Shown here: positions 1 through 10,386 of the stretch, in pieces | Numbering within the stretch: position 1 is the first letter of the stretch | Layout of the letters: each line of letters begins with the position of its first letter | DNA from: Alphaproteobacteria bacterium | GTDB lineage: Bacteria > Pseudomonadota > Alphaproteobacteria > Bin95 | Length of the DNA stretch: 64,000 bases | Direction: 5' to 3' | Assembly (NCBI GenBank): GCA_963665325.3 | Contig: OZ224045.1 | Span: 768,001-832,000, forward strand | Program-made: the position numbers and the translations under genes | The notes under the pieces: model-generated | What the model was told of the DNA's origin: nothing | The model's database searches: none | Seen by the model: only the letters and a program-made list of their open reading frames with translations

Positions 1-582
1 TTGCTGCTGCTCGCCGCTCTGTGGATCGGCGGGCTTCTGCGCTTCGTGGCGACGCTGCCGACGCAGGCCGAGGCTCCGGCGCGGAAGACCGATGCTGTCG
101 TTGTGCTGACGGGCGGCGCCGACCGCGTCGCCGAAGGCATGCGCCTGCTGGCCGACGGCAAGGCCCCGGTCCTCTTCGTCTCCGGCGTCGGCGCCGGCGT
201 TACGGTGGGGCGCCTGCTGGAACTCTCGGGACGCGGCGCGGATACTGCGCTTGCCTGCTGCATCGAGCTCGGGCACGCGGCGCAGGACACCGTCGGCAAT
301 GCCGTTGAAGTCGCGGTCTGGGCAGCGAACCGCGAAGCCCGGAGCCTGCGCATCGTGACCGCCGCCTACCACCTGCCCCGTGCACTGCATCTGCTGCGCC
401 GCACCGCGCCGGGCGTCGAGATGCTGGCGCATCCGGTCGTCCCGGAGACGCTGAAACTGGATGGCTGGTGGCGATGGCCGGGCACGCGGGGGATATTGCT
501 GCGCGCCTACCACAAATTCCTGCTCGCCCTGACGCTGGACAGTCTCGCCGAGTGGTACGGTTCGACAAGGAACGGCGGGTGA
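1..582 (+). CDS. YdcF/DUF218 family protein (5' end probably outside window)
   Basis: Motifs DAVVVLTGGADR, DTVGNAVE and IVTAAYHLPRA are typical of YdcF/ElyC; the usual neighbour plsC follows. Confidence 0.85.
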   Translation: MLLLAALWIGGLLRFVATLPTQAEAPARKTDAVVVLTGGADRVAEGMRLLADGKAPVLFVSGVGAGVTVGRLLELSGRGADTALACCIELGHAAQDTVGNAVEVAVWAANREARSLRIVTAAYHLPRALHLLRRTAPGVEMLAHPVVPETLKLDGWWRWPGTRGILLRAYHKFLLALTLDSLAEWYGSTRNGG

Positions 583-1301
583 CGACGGTTCGCTCGGTGC
601 TGTTCGCGGCGAGTTTCGTCGCCGCCACGGCCCTGCTTGTCTTCCTGCTGTCTCCGGCGCTTCTCGCTTCGCGCCGCGCCGCGCGCCGGGCCGGCGCCGT
701 ATGGGGCCACGTCACGATCTTCCTGCTGCGATGCACGGCCGGCATCCGGCATGAAATTCGCGGGCCGTTGCCGCCGCCTGGCTGCATCGTTGCGGCCAAG
801 CACCAGTCCGCCTGGGAGACGCTGGCGCTGGCGGCGTTGCTTCCCGACCCGGTCTATGTCGTCAAGCGGGAGCTGCTTTCAATCCCCGGCGTCGGCTGGT
901 ATTTCCGTCGCGCCGGCCAGATCGCGGTAGACCGGCAGGGCGGCGCCTCCGCCCTGCGCCACATGGTGCAAAGAGCCAGGGCCGCGCTGGAGAACGGCGC
1001 CCAAATTGTCGTGTTCCCGGAAGGCACGCGCGTGGCGCCGGGCGAACGGCGGCCCTACCACCCCGGCATCGCCGCGCTTTACCGGGAAACGGGCGCTGCC
1101 GTCGTGCCGGTCGCCCTCAACTCCGGCCGTCACTGGAGCCGGCGCGGCTTCCGCATGCGTCCCGGCACCATCCGGCTCGAATTCCTCGAACCCATCGAAC
1201 CGGGCCTCGCGCGGCGGGCTTTCATGGCGCGCCTCGAGCAGCGGATCGAAGAGGCATGCCGGGATATCGAGGCGGACACCGGGCGCACACGATTGCGCTA
1301 G
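579..1301 (+). CDS. plsC: 1-acyl-sn-glycerol-3-phosphate acyltransferase
   Basis: KHQSAWET (Hx4E) and FPEGTR motifs; GTG start at 579 overlaps the upstream stop (GTGA). Confidence 0.85.
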   Translation: MTTVRSVLFAASFVAATALLVFLLSPALLASRRAARRAGAVWGHVTIFLLRCTAGIRHEIRGPLPPPGCIVAAKHQSAWETLALAALLPDPVYVVKRELLSIPGVGWYFRRAGQIAVDRQGGASALRHMVQRARAALENGAQIVVFPEGTRVAPGERRPYHPGIAALYRETGAAVVPVALNSGRHWSRRGFRMRPGTIRLEFLEPIEPGLARRAFMARLEQRIEEACRDIEADTGRTRLR

Positions 1302-1311
1302 AATAGCGGCC

Positions 1312-2439
1312 ATGACCGTCCAGACACGCCTCCCTGCCGCCTTTATGCGCGGCGGCACATCGAATGCCCTGGTCTTCCACGCCCGGGACCTCCCGGAAGA
1401 GCGGGAGCGGTGGCCGGAACTCTTCTGCGCCGCGATGGGCAGCCCGGATCCGAACGGGCGCCAGCTCGACGGCATGGGCGGCGGCATCTCCTCGCTCTCC
1501 AAGGTCTGCGTCGTCGGCCCGCCCAGCCGGCCGGATGCGGATATCGACTACACCTTCTTCCAGATCGCCGTGGACCGCGCCGAGGCCGATACCTCCGCCA
1601 ACTGCGGAAATATGTCATCCGCCATGGGCCCCTTCGCCTTGGACGAGGGCCTGGTCGTTGCCGGAGACGGCGAGACCGTGGTGCGCATCCACAACACCAA
1701 TACCTCCAGAATCATCCACGCCCGCTTCCCGGTGCAGAATGGCCGCGCGGCCGTCGAAGGCGATTTTTCCCTGCCTGGAGTGGCAGGCACAGGCGCTCCC
1801 GTGCGCCTCGACTTCCTTGACCCCGGTGGCGCCGGCACCGGCAGGCTCCTGCCAACGGGACGGCCGGTGGATCGGCTGGATGTTCCGGGCATCGGGCCTG
1901 TGGATGTTTCCATCGTCGATGCCGCCAATCTGTGCTGCTTCGTCCGCGCATCGGACCTCGGCCTCACCGGCGTCGAGATGCCCGCCGCACTGGACGGAGA
2001 TGCCGAAACGCTGGCCAGGCTGGAAGCCGTGCGCCGGGCAGCAGGAACAGCGGCAGGCCTCGATCCGATCCCGACCGGTATTCCGAAAGTCGGCATGGTT
2101 GCCCCTCCGACCGCCTTTGAATCGCTGTCGGGCGAATACCTCGGCGCGTCGGACATGGACTTTGCCGCGCGGATGGTTTCGGTCGGACGCCCGCATCGCG
2201 CCGTGCCGCTGACCGCCGCCCTCTGCCTGGGAGTCGCAGCATGTATGGAGGGCACGCTGGTTCGGGAGGCGAGCCGCGCATCCGGCGGAAGCGACATCCG
2301 CATTGGCCACCCCTCCGGCGTTGCGCTGGTCGCTGCCGAGGTGTCCGGCAGCGGAGCCGAAGCCCGTGCCGAGCGCGCCATTGTCTATCGCACGGCGCGC
2401 CGGCTGATGGACGGCTTCGTCTATGCGCCCAAGCGGTAG
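1312..2439 (+). CDS. PrpF family isomerase (diaminopimelate-epimerase-like fold)
   Basis: MRGGTS, QLDGMGGGISSLSKV, NCGNMSS and C-terminal RTARRLMDG; ATG at 1312. Confidence 0.9.
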   Translation: MTVQTRLPAAFMRGGTSNALVFHARDLPEERERWPELFCAAMGSPDPNGRQLDGMGGGISSLSKVCVVGPPSRPDADIDYTFFQIAVDRAEADTSANCGNMSSAMGPFALDEGLVVAGDGETVVRIHNTNTSRIIHARFPVQNGRAAVEGDFSLPGVAGTGAPVRLDFLDPGGAGTGRLLPTGRPVDRLDVPGIGPVDVSIVDAANLCCFVRASDLGLTGVEMPAALDGDAETLARLEAVRRAAGTAAGLDPIPTGIPKVGMVAPPTAFESLSGEYLGASDMDFAARMVSVGRPHRAVPLTAALCLGVAACMEGTLVREASRASGGSDIRIGHPSGVALVAAEVSGSGAEARAERAIVYRTARRLMDGFVYAPKR

Positions 2440-2454
2440 CCTGCGGCCCTCCGG

Positions 2455-4050
2455 CTAACCCGACCTCGCCTCGGCAAGCGAGCCCGGAGTGTCGATGTCG
2501 CGCAATATGCCGGCGTCCGGCATAGGCACCTCGACGAGCAGGTCTCCGTTTGCCCCGATCAGGTGTTTGGCGCCCACATCGCCGGAGACGGCGCGCATCT
2601 CCGCAAACAGTTCCCGGCCCCAGAGCACGGGATTGCCGCGCTTGCCGTTGAAGGTCGGCACGCAGATCGACCGCCCTTCCACCGGGTTGAAGGCTGCGAT
2701 CAGGCGGTCGATATGGACAGCCGACACGAAAGGCATGTCACCCAGCAGCACCACCGCGCCGTCGATATCCTCGGGCAACGCGGCGATCCCTGCGGCGAGC
2801 GATGTCGAGAGTCCGTCCGCATAGTCCGGATTGTGGACGGTCGGCGCATCGACGGCCGCCTCGATACGCTCCCGCTCATGGCCGGTCACCACCAGCAGGG
2901 AGGCCGCCTGCGAGGCGCGCGCCGCCTCCAATGCCCGCTGCAGCATGGCGGCTCCGTCCACCTCGGCCAGCAGCTTGTTCGCCGGGCCCATGCGCCGGGA
3001 CTGCCCCGCGGCCAGAACGACGGCGGCGATACGCGGCAATCGGACGGGCTCGGCCGCCGCCCGGTCGCGCACCCGGGGCTGCGGCCGCGTCGGAATGTCG
3101 ATCAGGAGCCCGCCGACACCCATCGACATGATCTCGCGCCTGCCAATCTCGAGGCCCGCCGCAAGACGCTGGAGCACCCAGTCGAAACCGTTGGACTTGG
3201 GCGAGCGGGCGCAACCCGGCAGGCCGATGACCGGCACCGGACCCACTCGCCCGACCAGCAACAGGTTGCCGGGGTCGACCGGCATCCCGAAATGGTCGAT
3301 TTCGCCGCCTGCCGCCTCGATGGCCGCAGGCAATACGTCGCGCCGGTCCACGATAGCCGAGGCGCCCGCAATCAGCAGGATGTCCGGGCCTTGGCCCAGG
3401 CTCTCCCCTATCGCCTTCGCAAGCGCCGCCTCGTCATGCGCGGCGCGGCGCTCGTCGATCAGCTCTCCGTCCAGGGCTTCGACGCGCCCGCGGGTGATGT
3501 TGACCGTCTTGTCGAGCACGCTCGGCTTGACGCTCGGCAGCTCCGTCTGGATCAGCGCAACCCGTTTCGCCTCCAGCTTGTGCAGCGCCAGCAACGGGCC
3601 CTCGACACGCCGAACCGCCTCGTCGGGAGCGGCGAACGGGATGATCTTCACCGTCGCCACCATCTGGCGGCGCTCGACCAGGCTGTATGGCGGAAGCGTC
3701 GCCAGGGTAACGCTTTCGTCGAGCAGGTTCAGCCGGTCCACACGATCCGCCTCGACGGTCAGCACGCCGCGTTCCTCGGCGAAAAGGTTGACGCGCCCGG
3801 TGAACGGCGCCGCGACCTCCAGCCCCTCGCCCGCAACCGCTGCCGCGATCGCGGCCGCCGCGCTGTCCTCGTCCATGTCGCCCGGCTCGAACCGGGCTGC
3901 CGTGACCGTCTCGACGCCCGCTTGCGCCAGCACTTCCAGGTCCTCAACCGACAGCAGCCGCCCCTTGCGGAAGACCGCCCGCTCCACCCGAACGGAGTGC
4001 GCCAGCAGCGCTCCCCCGGCATCCTTCAGCGCGAGCAACCCGAATTTCAT
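2455..4050 (-). CDS. Molybdopterin-binding domain fused to MocA-like molybdenum cofactor cytidylyltransferase
   Basis: GMPVDPGNLL and GLPGCARSPK in the N-terminal part; LAAGQSRRMG, LGDMP, GNPVLW and DIDT NTP-transferase motifs in the C-terminal part. Confidence 0.88.
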   Translation of the reverse strand: MKFGLLALKDAGGALLAHSVRVERAVFRKGRLLSVEDLEVLAQAGVETVTAARFEPGDMDEDSAAAAIAAAVAGEGLEVAAPFTGRVNLFAEERGVLTVEADRVDRLNLLDESVTLATLPPYSLVERRQMVATVKIIPFAAPDEAVRRVEGPLLALHKLEAKRVALIQTELPSVKPSVLDKTVNITRGRVEALDGELIDERRAAHDEAALAKAIGESLGQGPDILLIAGASAIVDRRDVLPAAIEAAGGEIDHFGMPVDPGNLLLVGRVGPVPVIGLPGCARSPKSNGFDWVLQRLAAGLEIGRREIMSMGVGGLLIDIPTRPQPRVRDRAAAEPVRLPRIAAVVLAAGQSRRMGPANKLLAEVDGAAMLQRALEAARASQAASLLVVTGHERERIEAAVDAPTVHNPDYADGLSTSLAAGIAALPEDIDGAVVLLGDMPFVSAVHIDRLIAAFNPVEGRSICVPTFNGKRGNPVLWGRELFAEMRAVSGDVGAKHLIGANGDLLVEVPMPDAGILRDIDTPGSLAEARSG

Positions 4051-4724
4051 CCGTAGAGCGCCTCCGTCATCTGCGCCGCGATTGCGAGCGCAATCTCGGC
4101 CGGCGCGCGGCCGCCGAGATTGAGGCCGATGGGAGCGTTGATACGCCCAATGGCGGCTTCGTCGAACCCGGCCTCGACCAAGCGCTCGACCCGCTTCGCA
4201 TGCGTCCTCCGGCTGCCGAGCGCACCGATATAGAACGCCTCCGAGCGCAGCGCGACATGCAGTGCCGGGTCGTCCAGCTTGGGATCGTGGGTGAGCGTCA
4301 CCACCGCCGTGCGCCCGTCAACGTCCAGGGCTTCGAGCGCATCGTCGGGCCACTCGTCGCAAATCGCGACATCGGGGAAACGCTGGGCCGTGGCAAAAGC
4401 GCCGCGCGGATCGACCAACGTGACATCGTAGCCGAGGCCGGACGCCATCCCGATCAGCGGCTGCGAGATATGCACGGCGCCCACGACAATCAAACGCAGC
4501 GGCGGGTTGAACACCTGCACGAACCAGCGCCCGCCCTCATGCTCGAAATCGTGGCTTCGGTTCTGTTTCAGCGCGGTGAGGGCGACGGCAAGCACCGGCT
4601 CGGGCACAGGCCCTTCGCCGTCCTCCACGACCGCGTCCACACTACCGTCCAGAGCGGCAACGCGCGCCACCGGCCGCCGTTCAGCGCGCGCAGCACGCAA
4701 CCGGTCGAGCGTCTCCGCCTTCAT
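4047..4724 (-). CDS. XdhC/CoxF family Moco-insertion chaperone (Rossmann part)
   Basis: LIVVGAVHI, LTHDPKLDD, YIGALGSRRT, APIGL..P.EIA. Confidence 0.88.
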   Translation of the reverse strand: MKAETLDRLRAARAERRPVARVAALDGSVDAVVEDGEGPVPEPVLAVALTALKQNRSHDFEHEGGRWFVQVFNPPLRLIVVGAVHISQPLIGMASGLGYDVTLVDPRGAFATAQRFPDVAICDEWPDDALEALDVDGRTAVVTLTHDPKLDDPALHVALRSEAFYIGALGSRRTHAKRVERLVEAGFDEAAIGRINAPIGLNLGGRAPAEIALAIAAQMTEALYG

Positions 4725-5056
4725 GCCAGCTTCTCTACGAACACCTCTATCGACCCGCCGCAGGCGAGCCCGACTTCCCAGGCTTCCTCGTCGCTCACGC
4801 CGAAATCGAGAAGGCGCGGCTTGCCGTCAGAGATGGCGCTTTGCGCTTCCATCACCACCGCACCCTCGATGCATCCGCCGGAGACCGAGCCCTCGAAGGC
4901 GCCGCTGTCGTCCACCACGAGCTGGCTGCCGACCGCGCGCGGCGACGACCCCCAGGTCTTGACCACGGTGGCCAGCGCAACGCCCTTACCCGCCGCTGCC
5001 CAGGCCGCCGCCATGTCCAGGATTGCGTCCCCTTCGCCTACAGCCGCGTCAGCCAT
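4721..5056 (-). CDS. XdhC/CoxI N-terminal domain protein
   Basis: LATVVKTWGSSPR, GSVSGGCIEG, VGLACGG. Confidence 0.88.
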   Translation of the reverse strand: MADAAVGEGDAILDMAAAWAAAGKGVALATVVKTWGSSPRAVGSQLVVDDSGAFEGSVSGGCIEGAVVMEAQSAISDGKPRLLDFGVSDEEAWEVGLACGGSIEVFVEKLA

Positions 5057-6243
5057 TCGCTCACTCCCTCCTGCCGGCGGGCCGGCTCGCGCCCGAGCGC
5101 GACGGCCAGATCCTCAAGACTATCGAGATTGTGCGCCGGGCGGAATTCGTCAACATGCGGCATCAGCGCGACCGCACCGCGCGTGCGCGGCTCATACGCA
5201 TCGTAGCGCAGCAACGGGTTGAGCCAGACCAGCCGGCGGCAGGACTTGTGCAGGCGCTCGATTTCCTGCGCGAGCCCTTCGCCCGAATCGCGGTCGAGCC
5301 CGTCGCTGATGAGAAGCACTACCGCGCCCTGCCCCAGCACGCGGCGCGACCAGAGCCGATTGAAAGTCCGGAGCGAGGCGCCGATGCGCGTGCCGCCGGA
5401 CCAGTCCTCGACCGTGCCCGCGACGCCCGCGAGCGCCGTATCTACATCCCTCTGGCGAAGCTGGCGGGTGACATTGGTCAACCGCGTGCCGAACAGGAAG
5501 CAATGCACCCGGTCGCGGTCATTGGTCACGGCGTGCATGAAGTGCAGCAGCATCCGGGAATAGCGCGCCATCGAGCCGGAAATGTCGCAGATCACCACCA
5601 GCGGCGGCGGCCGGCGCAGGCGGCGCCTGCGGCGGAGCGCCACGAAATCGCCGCCGGTGCGCATCGCCCCGCGCAAGGTTGCGCGCAGGTCGGGCCGCCG
5701 CCCCCGCGGATGCAGCCGGAAGCGCCGCGCGGGCACAGGCCGGAGCGGCAGGCGCATCTTCGCCATGGCGCGCTTCGCCGCCTCCTGCTCTGCCAGCGAC
5801 ATGGTCTCGAAATCCATCGCCCGGAGCACCTCGCGGTCCGACCAGGTGAGCTCCGCGTGAATCTCAACCTCCTCGTCCCCCTCACGCTCGCGAAGTCCGG
5901 TTTCCTGCGGCGTCAGCGCCTCCGCGAGACGGCGCGCCAGCGGCTCGGATTCCTCTGCGCCGGTTTCGACGCTGGAGGTCGGGATGACCAGCGACATCAT
6001 CCGATCCAGCAGGCGCGGATTGCGCCAGAAAATGTGGAACGCCTGGTCGAACAATTCCCGCTGACCGCGCCGGTTGACCAGCGCAGCATGCAGCGCCCAG
6101 TAGAACTGCGCCCGATCGGCGACATCGACGGCCGAGGCCGCTTCGATGGCCTTCAGCACCTGGTCTGGGCCGACCGGCAGGCCGGCAGTGCGGAGCACCC
6201 GGCCGAAATGCATGATGTTCTCGGGCAGCCGCCCGCCGTTCAT
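5038..6243 (-). CDS. CoxE-like VWA domain protein
   Basis: DISGSM MIDAS motif, WSGGTRIG, ISDGLD, WLNPLL. Confidence 0.88.
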   Translation of the reverse strand: MNGGRLPENIMHFGRVLRTAGLPVGPDQVLKAIEAASAVDVADRAQFYWALHAALVNRRGQRELFDQAFHIFWRNPRLLDRMMSLVIPTSSVETGAEESEPLARRLAEALTPQETGLREREGDEEVEIHAELTWSDREVLRAMDFETMSLAEQEAAKRAMAKMRLPLRPVPARRFRLHPRGRRPDLRATLRGAMRTGGDFVALRRRRRLRRPPPLVVICDISGSMARYSRMLLHFMHAVTNDRDRVHCFLFGTRLTNVTRQLRQRDVDTALAGVAGTVEDWSGGTRIGASLRTFNRLWSRRVLGQGAVVLLISDGLDRDSGEGLAQEIERLHKSCRRLVWLNPLLRYDAYEPRTRGAVALMPHVDEFRPAHNLDSLEDLAVALGREPARRQEGVSEWLTRL

Positions 6244-7169
6244 GCCGCCCCCGCGGCTGCAAGTTCGACACGCACTTCGTTCAGGATGCGCTCGGCCTCG
6301 CTCCCCTGCATGCGCGCGATGTCGTCCTGGTATTTGAGCAGCACGCCGAGCGTGTCGTTCACCGCTGCCGGGTCCAGCGCGACGGCGTCGAGCTGCATCA
6401 ACGCATGAACCCAGTCGATGGTCTCGGCGATCCCCGGCAGCTTGAAGAGGTCGAGCTCCCGAACCTTCTGCACATAGCCGACGACCTGACGCGAGAGATC
6501 GGCGGGCGCGCCTGGCGCCTTACGGCGCAGGATGTCCAGTTCGCGCCGCGCGTCGGGATAGCCTACCCAGTGGTAGAAGCAGCGCCGCTTGAGCGCGTCG
6601 TGGATTTCGCGCGTGCGGTTGGAAGTGATGACGACGGCCGGCGGAACCGCCGCTGCAATCGGGCCGATCTCCGGCACCGTTACCTGGAAATCGGACAGCA
6701 CCTCCAGCAGATAGGCCTCGAACGGCTCGTCCGTGCGGTCCAGTTCGTCGATGAGCAGCACGGGCGGCTCGGCATCACCGCTGCGCAAGGCTTGCAGCAA
6801 AGGACGCTCGATCAGGAAGTCGGGCCCGAAGAGGTCGCGGCCCAGCCGCGTGCGGTCGGTTTCGCCGGACGCCTCGGCCAGCCTGATCTCAATCATCTGG
6901 CGGGCGTAGTTCCACTCATAGACGGCGGACGCCACATCGAGGCCTTCATAGCATTGCAGGCGGATCAGCCGGCGGCCGAGCGTTGCCGCCAGCACCTTGG
7001 CGATCTCCGTCTTGCCGACCCCGGCCTCGCCTTCGAGGAACAGCGGCCTGTCGAGTTTCAGCGACAGGAACACTGCCGTCGCCAGCGCTGTGTCCGAAAC
7101 ATAGTCGCCGGCTTCGAGGAGTTCGCCGGTCTCGACGACGGACTGGGGCAGAGCCCTTCCGGTTTGCAT
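6240..7169 (-). CDS. MoxR-family AAA+ ATPase (CoxD-like)
   Basis: Walker [18 protein letters not shown], Walker [16 protein letters not shown]; ATG at 7169. Confidence 0.9.
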   Translation of the reverse strand: MQTGRALPQSVVETGELLEAGDYVSDTALATAVFLSLKLDRPLFLEGEAGVGKTEIAKVLAATLGRRLIRLQCYEGLDVASAVYEWNYARQMIEIRLAEASGETDRTRLGRDLFGPDFLIERPLLQALRSGDAEPPVLLIDELDRTDEPFEAYLLEVLSDFQVTVPEIGPIAAAVPPAVVITSNRTREIHDALKRRCFYHWVGYPDARRELDILRRKAPGAPADLSRQVVGYVQKVRELDLFKLPGIAETIDWVHALMQLDAVALDPAAVNDTLGVLLKYQDDIARMQGSEAERILNEVRVELAAAGAA

Positions 7170-7182
7170 GGGAACGATCCGG

Positions 7183-8751
7183 TCAGTGGCGGAAATGGCG
7201 CATCCCGGTGAATACCATGGCGAGGCCGTGCTCGTCCGCCGCCCGGACCACCTCTTCGTCGCGCACCGAGCCGCCAGGCTGCACGACGGCGGTCGCGCCC
7301 GCCTCCGCAGCCGCCAGCAACCCGTCGGCGAACGGAAAGAAGGCATCCGAGGCCACGACCGAGCCCCGCGTTGCCGGAGTCCCGCCGTTTGCAGCGTCCT
7401 CGGCTTTCCGCGCGGCGATGCGGGCGCTGTCCACGCGACTCATCTGGCCCGCGCCGACACCGACCGTCGCTCCGTCCTTCACATAGACGATGGCATTCGA
7501 CTTCACATGCTTGCAGACGGCGAAGGCCACCTTGAGGTCCGCCATTTCCACCTCGCTCGGCGCGCGCCTCGTGACGGTCCGGAACTCACCCGCACGGCCG
7601 TTGTCGCGGCCCTGCAACAGAAACCCGCCCGAAAGCGAACGGAAGGTCATGCCGGACGACAGCGGGTCCGGCACGGCTCCGGTCAACAACAGCCGGAGAT
7701 TGGTTCTGCCGGCGAGTCGTGCGCGGGCTGCCGTATCGGCGCCAGGCGCAATCACCGCTTCGAGAAAGAGCCCGCTCAACCGCTCCGCCAGCGCCGCGTC
7801 GAGCGGACGGTTGACCGCGACGATGCCGCCGAAGGCGCTCACCGGATCGCAGGCGAGCGCCCTGTCCCAGGCCTCGGAAAGATCGTCCGAGACGGCGACG
7901 CCGCAGGGGTTGGCATGCTTGACGATGACGACGGCGGGAGTCTCGAATTCGCTCACGAGCTCGAACGCTGCGTCCACGTCGTTCAAATTGTTGTAGCTGA
8001 GTTCCTTGCCCTGCACCTGCTCGGCTGTGGCGACCCCCGGGCGGCCGCTGCCATCCGTGTAAAAGGCCGCCGACTGGTGCGGATTCTCACCATAGCGCAG
8101 TGTCTGGCGGCGGGCGCCCGACAGCGAAATGCGCGGCGGGAAGGAGCCGCCCGTCCGCTCCGCAAACCAGTTGGAGACCCCCGCATCGTAGGCCGCGGTG
8201 TGCCCGTAGGCCTCGGCGGCGAGCCGGCGGCGGAGCGCCAGCGAGGTCGCGCCATCGGCTTCCATGTCGGCCCGGATGTCGTCCAGGTGCTCCGGGGTAG
8301 TAGCGACGGCGACGAAACGATGGTTCTTGGCGGCAGCGCGGATCAGCGCCGGCCCGCCTATGTCGATGTTCTCGATGCAGGTCTCTTCGTCCGCGCCGCG
8401 CGCCACTGTCTCCGCGAAGGGATACAGATTGACGACCAGCAGATCGATGGGCTCGATGCCATGCGCCGCCATGGCTTCAACATGCGCGGGCTCGTCGCGC
8501 AGCGCCAGCAGCCCGCCATGCAGCGCCGGATGCAGGGTCTTCACCCGCCCGTCCAGCATTTCCGGGAAGCCGGTGCGCTCGGAGACCTCGACAACGGCAA
8601 CGCCGGCGGCGCCCAGTTGCCGGGCCGTGCCGCCTGTGGAGAGGATTTCGACGCCGCGCTCCGCAAGAAAGCGCCCGAACGCCTCCAGCCCCGTCTTGTC
8701 GGACACGGAAATGAGGGCGCGGCGGATCGGTATGCGGTCGCGGGCGGTCAA
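7183..8751 (-). CDS. purH: Bifunctional AICAR transformylase/IMP cyclohydrolase
   Basis: [48 protein letters not shown]-terminal RHFRH; probable TTG start at 8751. Confidence 0.97.
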   Translation of the reverse strand: MTARDRIPIRRALISVSDKTGLEAFGRFLAERGVEILSTGGTARQLGAAGVAVVEVSERTGFPEMLDGRVKTLHPALHGGLLALRDEPAHVEAMAAHGIEPIDLLVVNLYPFAETVARGADEETCIENIDIGGPALIRAAAKNHRFVAVATTPEHLDDIRADMEADGATSLALRRRLAAEAYGHTAAYDAGVSNWFAERTGGSFPPRISLSGARRQTLRYGENPHQSAAFYTDGSGRPGVATAEQVQGKELSYNNLNDVDAAFELVSEFETPAVVIVKHANPCGVAVSDDLSEAWDRALACDPVSAFGGIVAVNRPLDAALAERLSGLFLEAVIAPGADTAARARLAGRTNLRLLLTGAVPDPLSSGMTFRSLSGGFLLQGRDNGRAGEFRTVTRRAPSEVEMADLKVAFAVCKHVKSNAIVYVKDGATVGVGAGQMSRVDSARIAARKAEDAANGGTPATRGSVVASDAFFPFADGLLAAAEAGATAVVQPGGSVRDEEVVRAADEHGLAMVFTGMRHFRH

Positions 8752-9129
8752 CGGGCGGCCCTCCGGCTTCGCGTTTCGCCGCCCCCGATAGCACCCGCCC
8801 GCCCTGCCGTCACGCGGCGGCAATGTCGCGCTTGTCTCGGCATTGCCGCGACATTTCCATGCCACCGGAGAGAGCCGGGACGAGTAGTGCCTTGTGTCCA
8901 GGCTGCTGGAACGACAGTCTGTTCAGTAAATCAGATTTAATTCTCATATGTTGCTTGACTACAGAAATTCCGTGCTAGAATAAGCTTGAAGGAGGCGGCG
9001 TCCGCGGTCCGCTTCCCGCCCGCGCCGGCCCGGCGCGGAACGATCCCGATTCGACGCACAGGCGAAGTGCACCCTCCGGCTCGCGCGCGCAATCAGGCGC
9101 GCGAACCGCGCCGACGCGCGCCCGCCCGC

Positions 9130-9140
9130 ACACGCGATAC
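9130..9140 (+). repeat. Left boundary direct repeat ACACGCGATAC (att core / nic-like)
   Basis: Exact copy at 49131-49141; followed directly by hairpin GCACC-TTC-GGTGC (9142-9154). Confidence 0.7.
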
Positions 9141-9141
9141 C

Positions 9142-9241
9142 GCACCTTCGGTGCTAACTATCTGACATGATTATGGAATTTTCCCGTTTCCGGTGCAACC
9201 GGGCGCGAGATCGAACCCGGTTTTGCACACACGTGCAACCG
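9142..9241. promoter_or_regulatory. Hairpin, IHF-like site and repeated GTGCAACCG boxes upstream of integrase 1
   Basis: Hairpin 9142-9154; TAACTATCTGACA 9155-9167 resembles YAANNNNTTGATW; GTGCAACCG at 9193-9201 and 9233-9241 with an imperfect inverted copy ending at 9228. Confidence 0.5.
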
Positions 9242-9258
9242 ATCGGGGAGCCGCAGTC

Positions 9259-10386
9259 ATGGCAGCCATTCGCCTCACCCAGCGCCGGGTCGATACCCTC
9301 CGGCCCCGCAAGGCCGTCCGTAATGTCCGGGACGCGGAACTGAAGGGATACGGCGTCCGGATCATGCCCTCGGGCGCAAAGCGGTATTTCATCCACAGCC
9401 AGCACCGGGGCCATCGGGTCTGGAAGATCGTCGGCGACGCGGCGGTCATGACCGAAGCCGAGGCGCGCGCCCGCTCCCGGTCCATGCTGGCCGCGCTGCG
9501 CGACGACAAGGATATCGAAGCGGTCGCTTCCGGCGATGTGCTGTTCGAGACCGTCGCCGAGGAAGTCTTTTCCCGCTATGGCAGGCGCTGGAAGCCGCGC
9601 ACGCTTGAGGTCAACCGCGGTTATCTCCACAACCAGATCCTGCCCTTCTTCGCGGGCCGGCCTGTCGCGGAGATCGACCGGGAGGAGGTGCAGCGCTGGT
9701 TCCGCTCGCTCCATGCGACCCCGGCGGCGGCGAACCGTTCGGCGCCGGTCCTGTCGGTCATCATGCAGCAGGCCGAAGCCTGGGGGTATCGTCCCGATGG
9801 CGGCAACCCCTGCAAGGGCATAAAGCGCTTCCGGCAGAAGCGGTCCGAGCGCTTCCTGTCGCCGGAGGAATACCGCCGCCTCGGCATGGTTCTGGACCGG
9901 CATGAGCGAGAATACCCATTCCATGTCGCGGCCCTGCGCCTGCTTCTGCTGACCGGCTGCCGGAAGTCGGAGATCGTCACGCTGGAATGGCGCTTCTACC
10001 GCGACGGTCACCTGTTCCTTCGCGACAGCAAGACCGGGCCGCGCACGGTCTGGCTCTGCCAGGCGGCCCGGGACGTTCTCGACGGGCTGCCGCGGTCGCA
10101 GCGATGGGTATTCCCCATCGAAGGCCGTCGCGCGCCCTGGAGCTGGCTGGATGCCTTCTGGATGCAGCTGCGCGCCGAGGCGGGCCTTGAAGACGTGCGC
10201 CTTCATGACACGCGGCACAGCTACGCCAGCATGGCGCTGTCGAGCGGCGAGACGATCCGCACGGTGGGGCGGCTGCTGGGCCATGACCATGCGGCGACCA
10301 CGCTGAAATACGCGCATCTTTCCGACGCGACGGTCCGGGAGACGGTCGAGGCCCTGGCGCCGCTGCTCTCGGGGACGCAGTCATGA
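9259..10386 (+). CDS. Tyrosine integrase 1 with N-terminal arm-binding domain
   Basis: RLTQRRVD..VRDAELKGYGVRI arm domain; catalytic TGCRKSE, SKTG, HDTRH, LGH, KY; RBS GGGGAG before ATG 9259. Confidence 0.93.
   Translation: MAAIRLTQRRVDTLRPRKAVRNVRDAELKGYGVRIMPSGAKRYFIHSQHRGHRVWKIVGDAAVMTEAEARARSRSMLAALRDDKDIEAVASGDVLFETVAEEVFSRYGRRWKPRTLEVNRGYLHNQILPFFAGRPVAEIDREEVQRWFRSLHATPAAANRSAPVLSVIMQQAEAWGYRPDGGNPCKGIKRFRQKRSERFLSPEEYRRLGMVLDRHEREYPFHVAALRLLLLTGCRKSEIVTLEWRFYRDGHLFLRDSKTGPRTVWLCQAARDVLDGLPRSQRWVFPIEGRRAPWSWLDAFWMQLRAEAGLEDVRLHDTRHSYASMALSSGETIRTVGRLLGHDHAATTLKYAHLSDATVRETVEALAPLLSGTQS

Noticed and set aside
2455-7169. CO dehydrogenase locus
   Set aside because: Only accessory coxD/E/F-like and mocA-like genes; no structural subunits here, and this arrangement is common
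8752-8930. ZMP/ZTP riboswitch upstream of purH
   Set aside because: Only loose GACTGTCG/GCCTGG look-alikes, too close together and without the conserved stems
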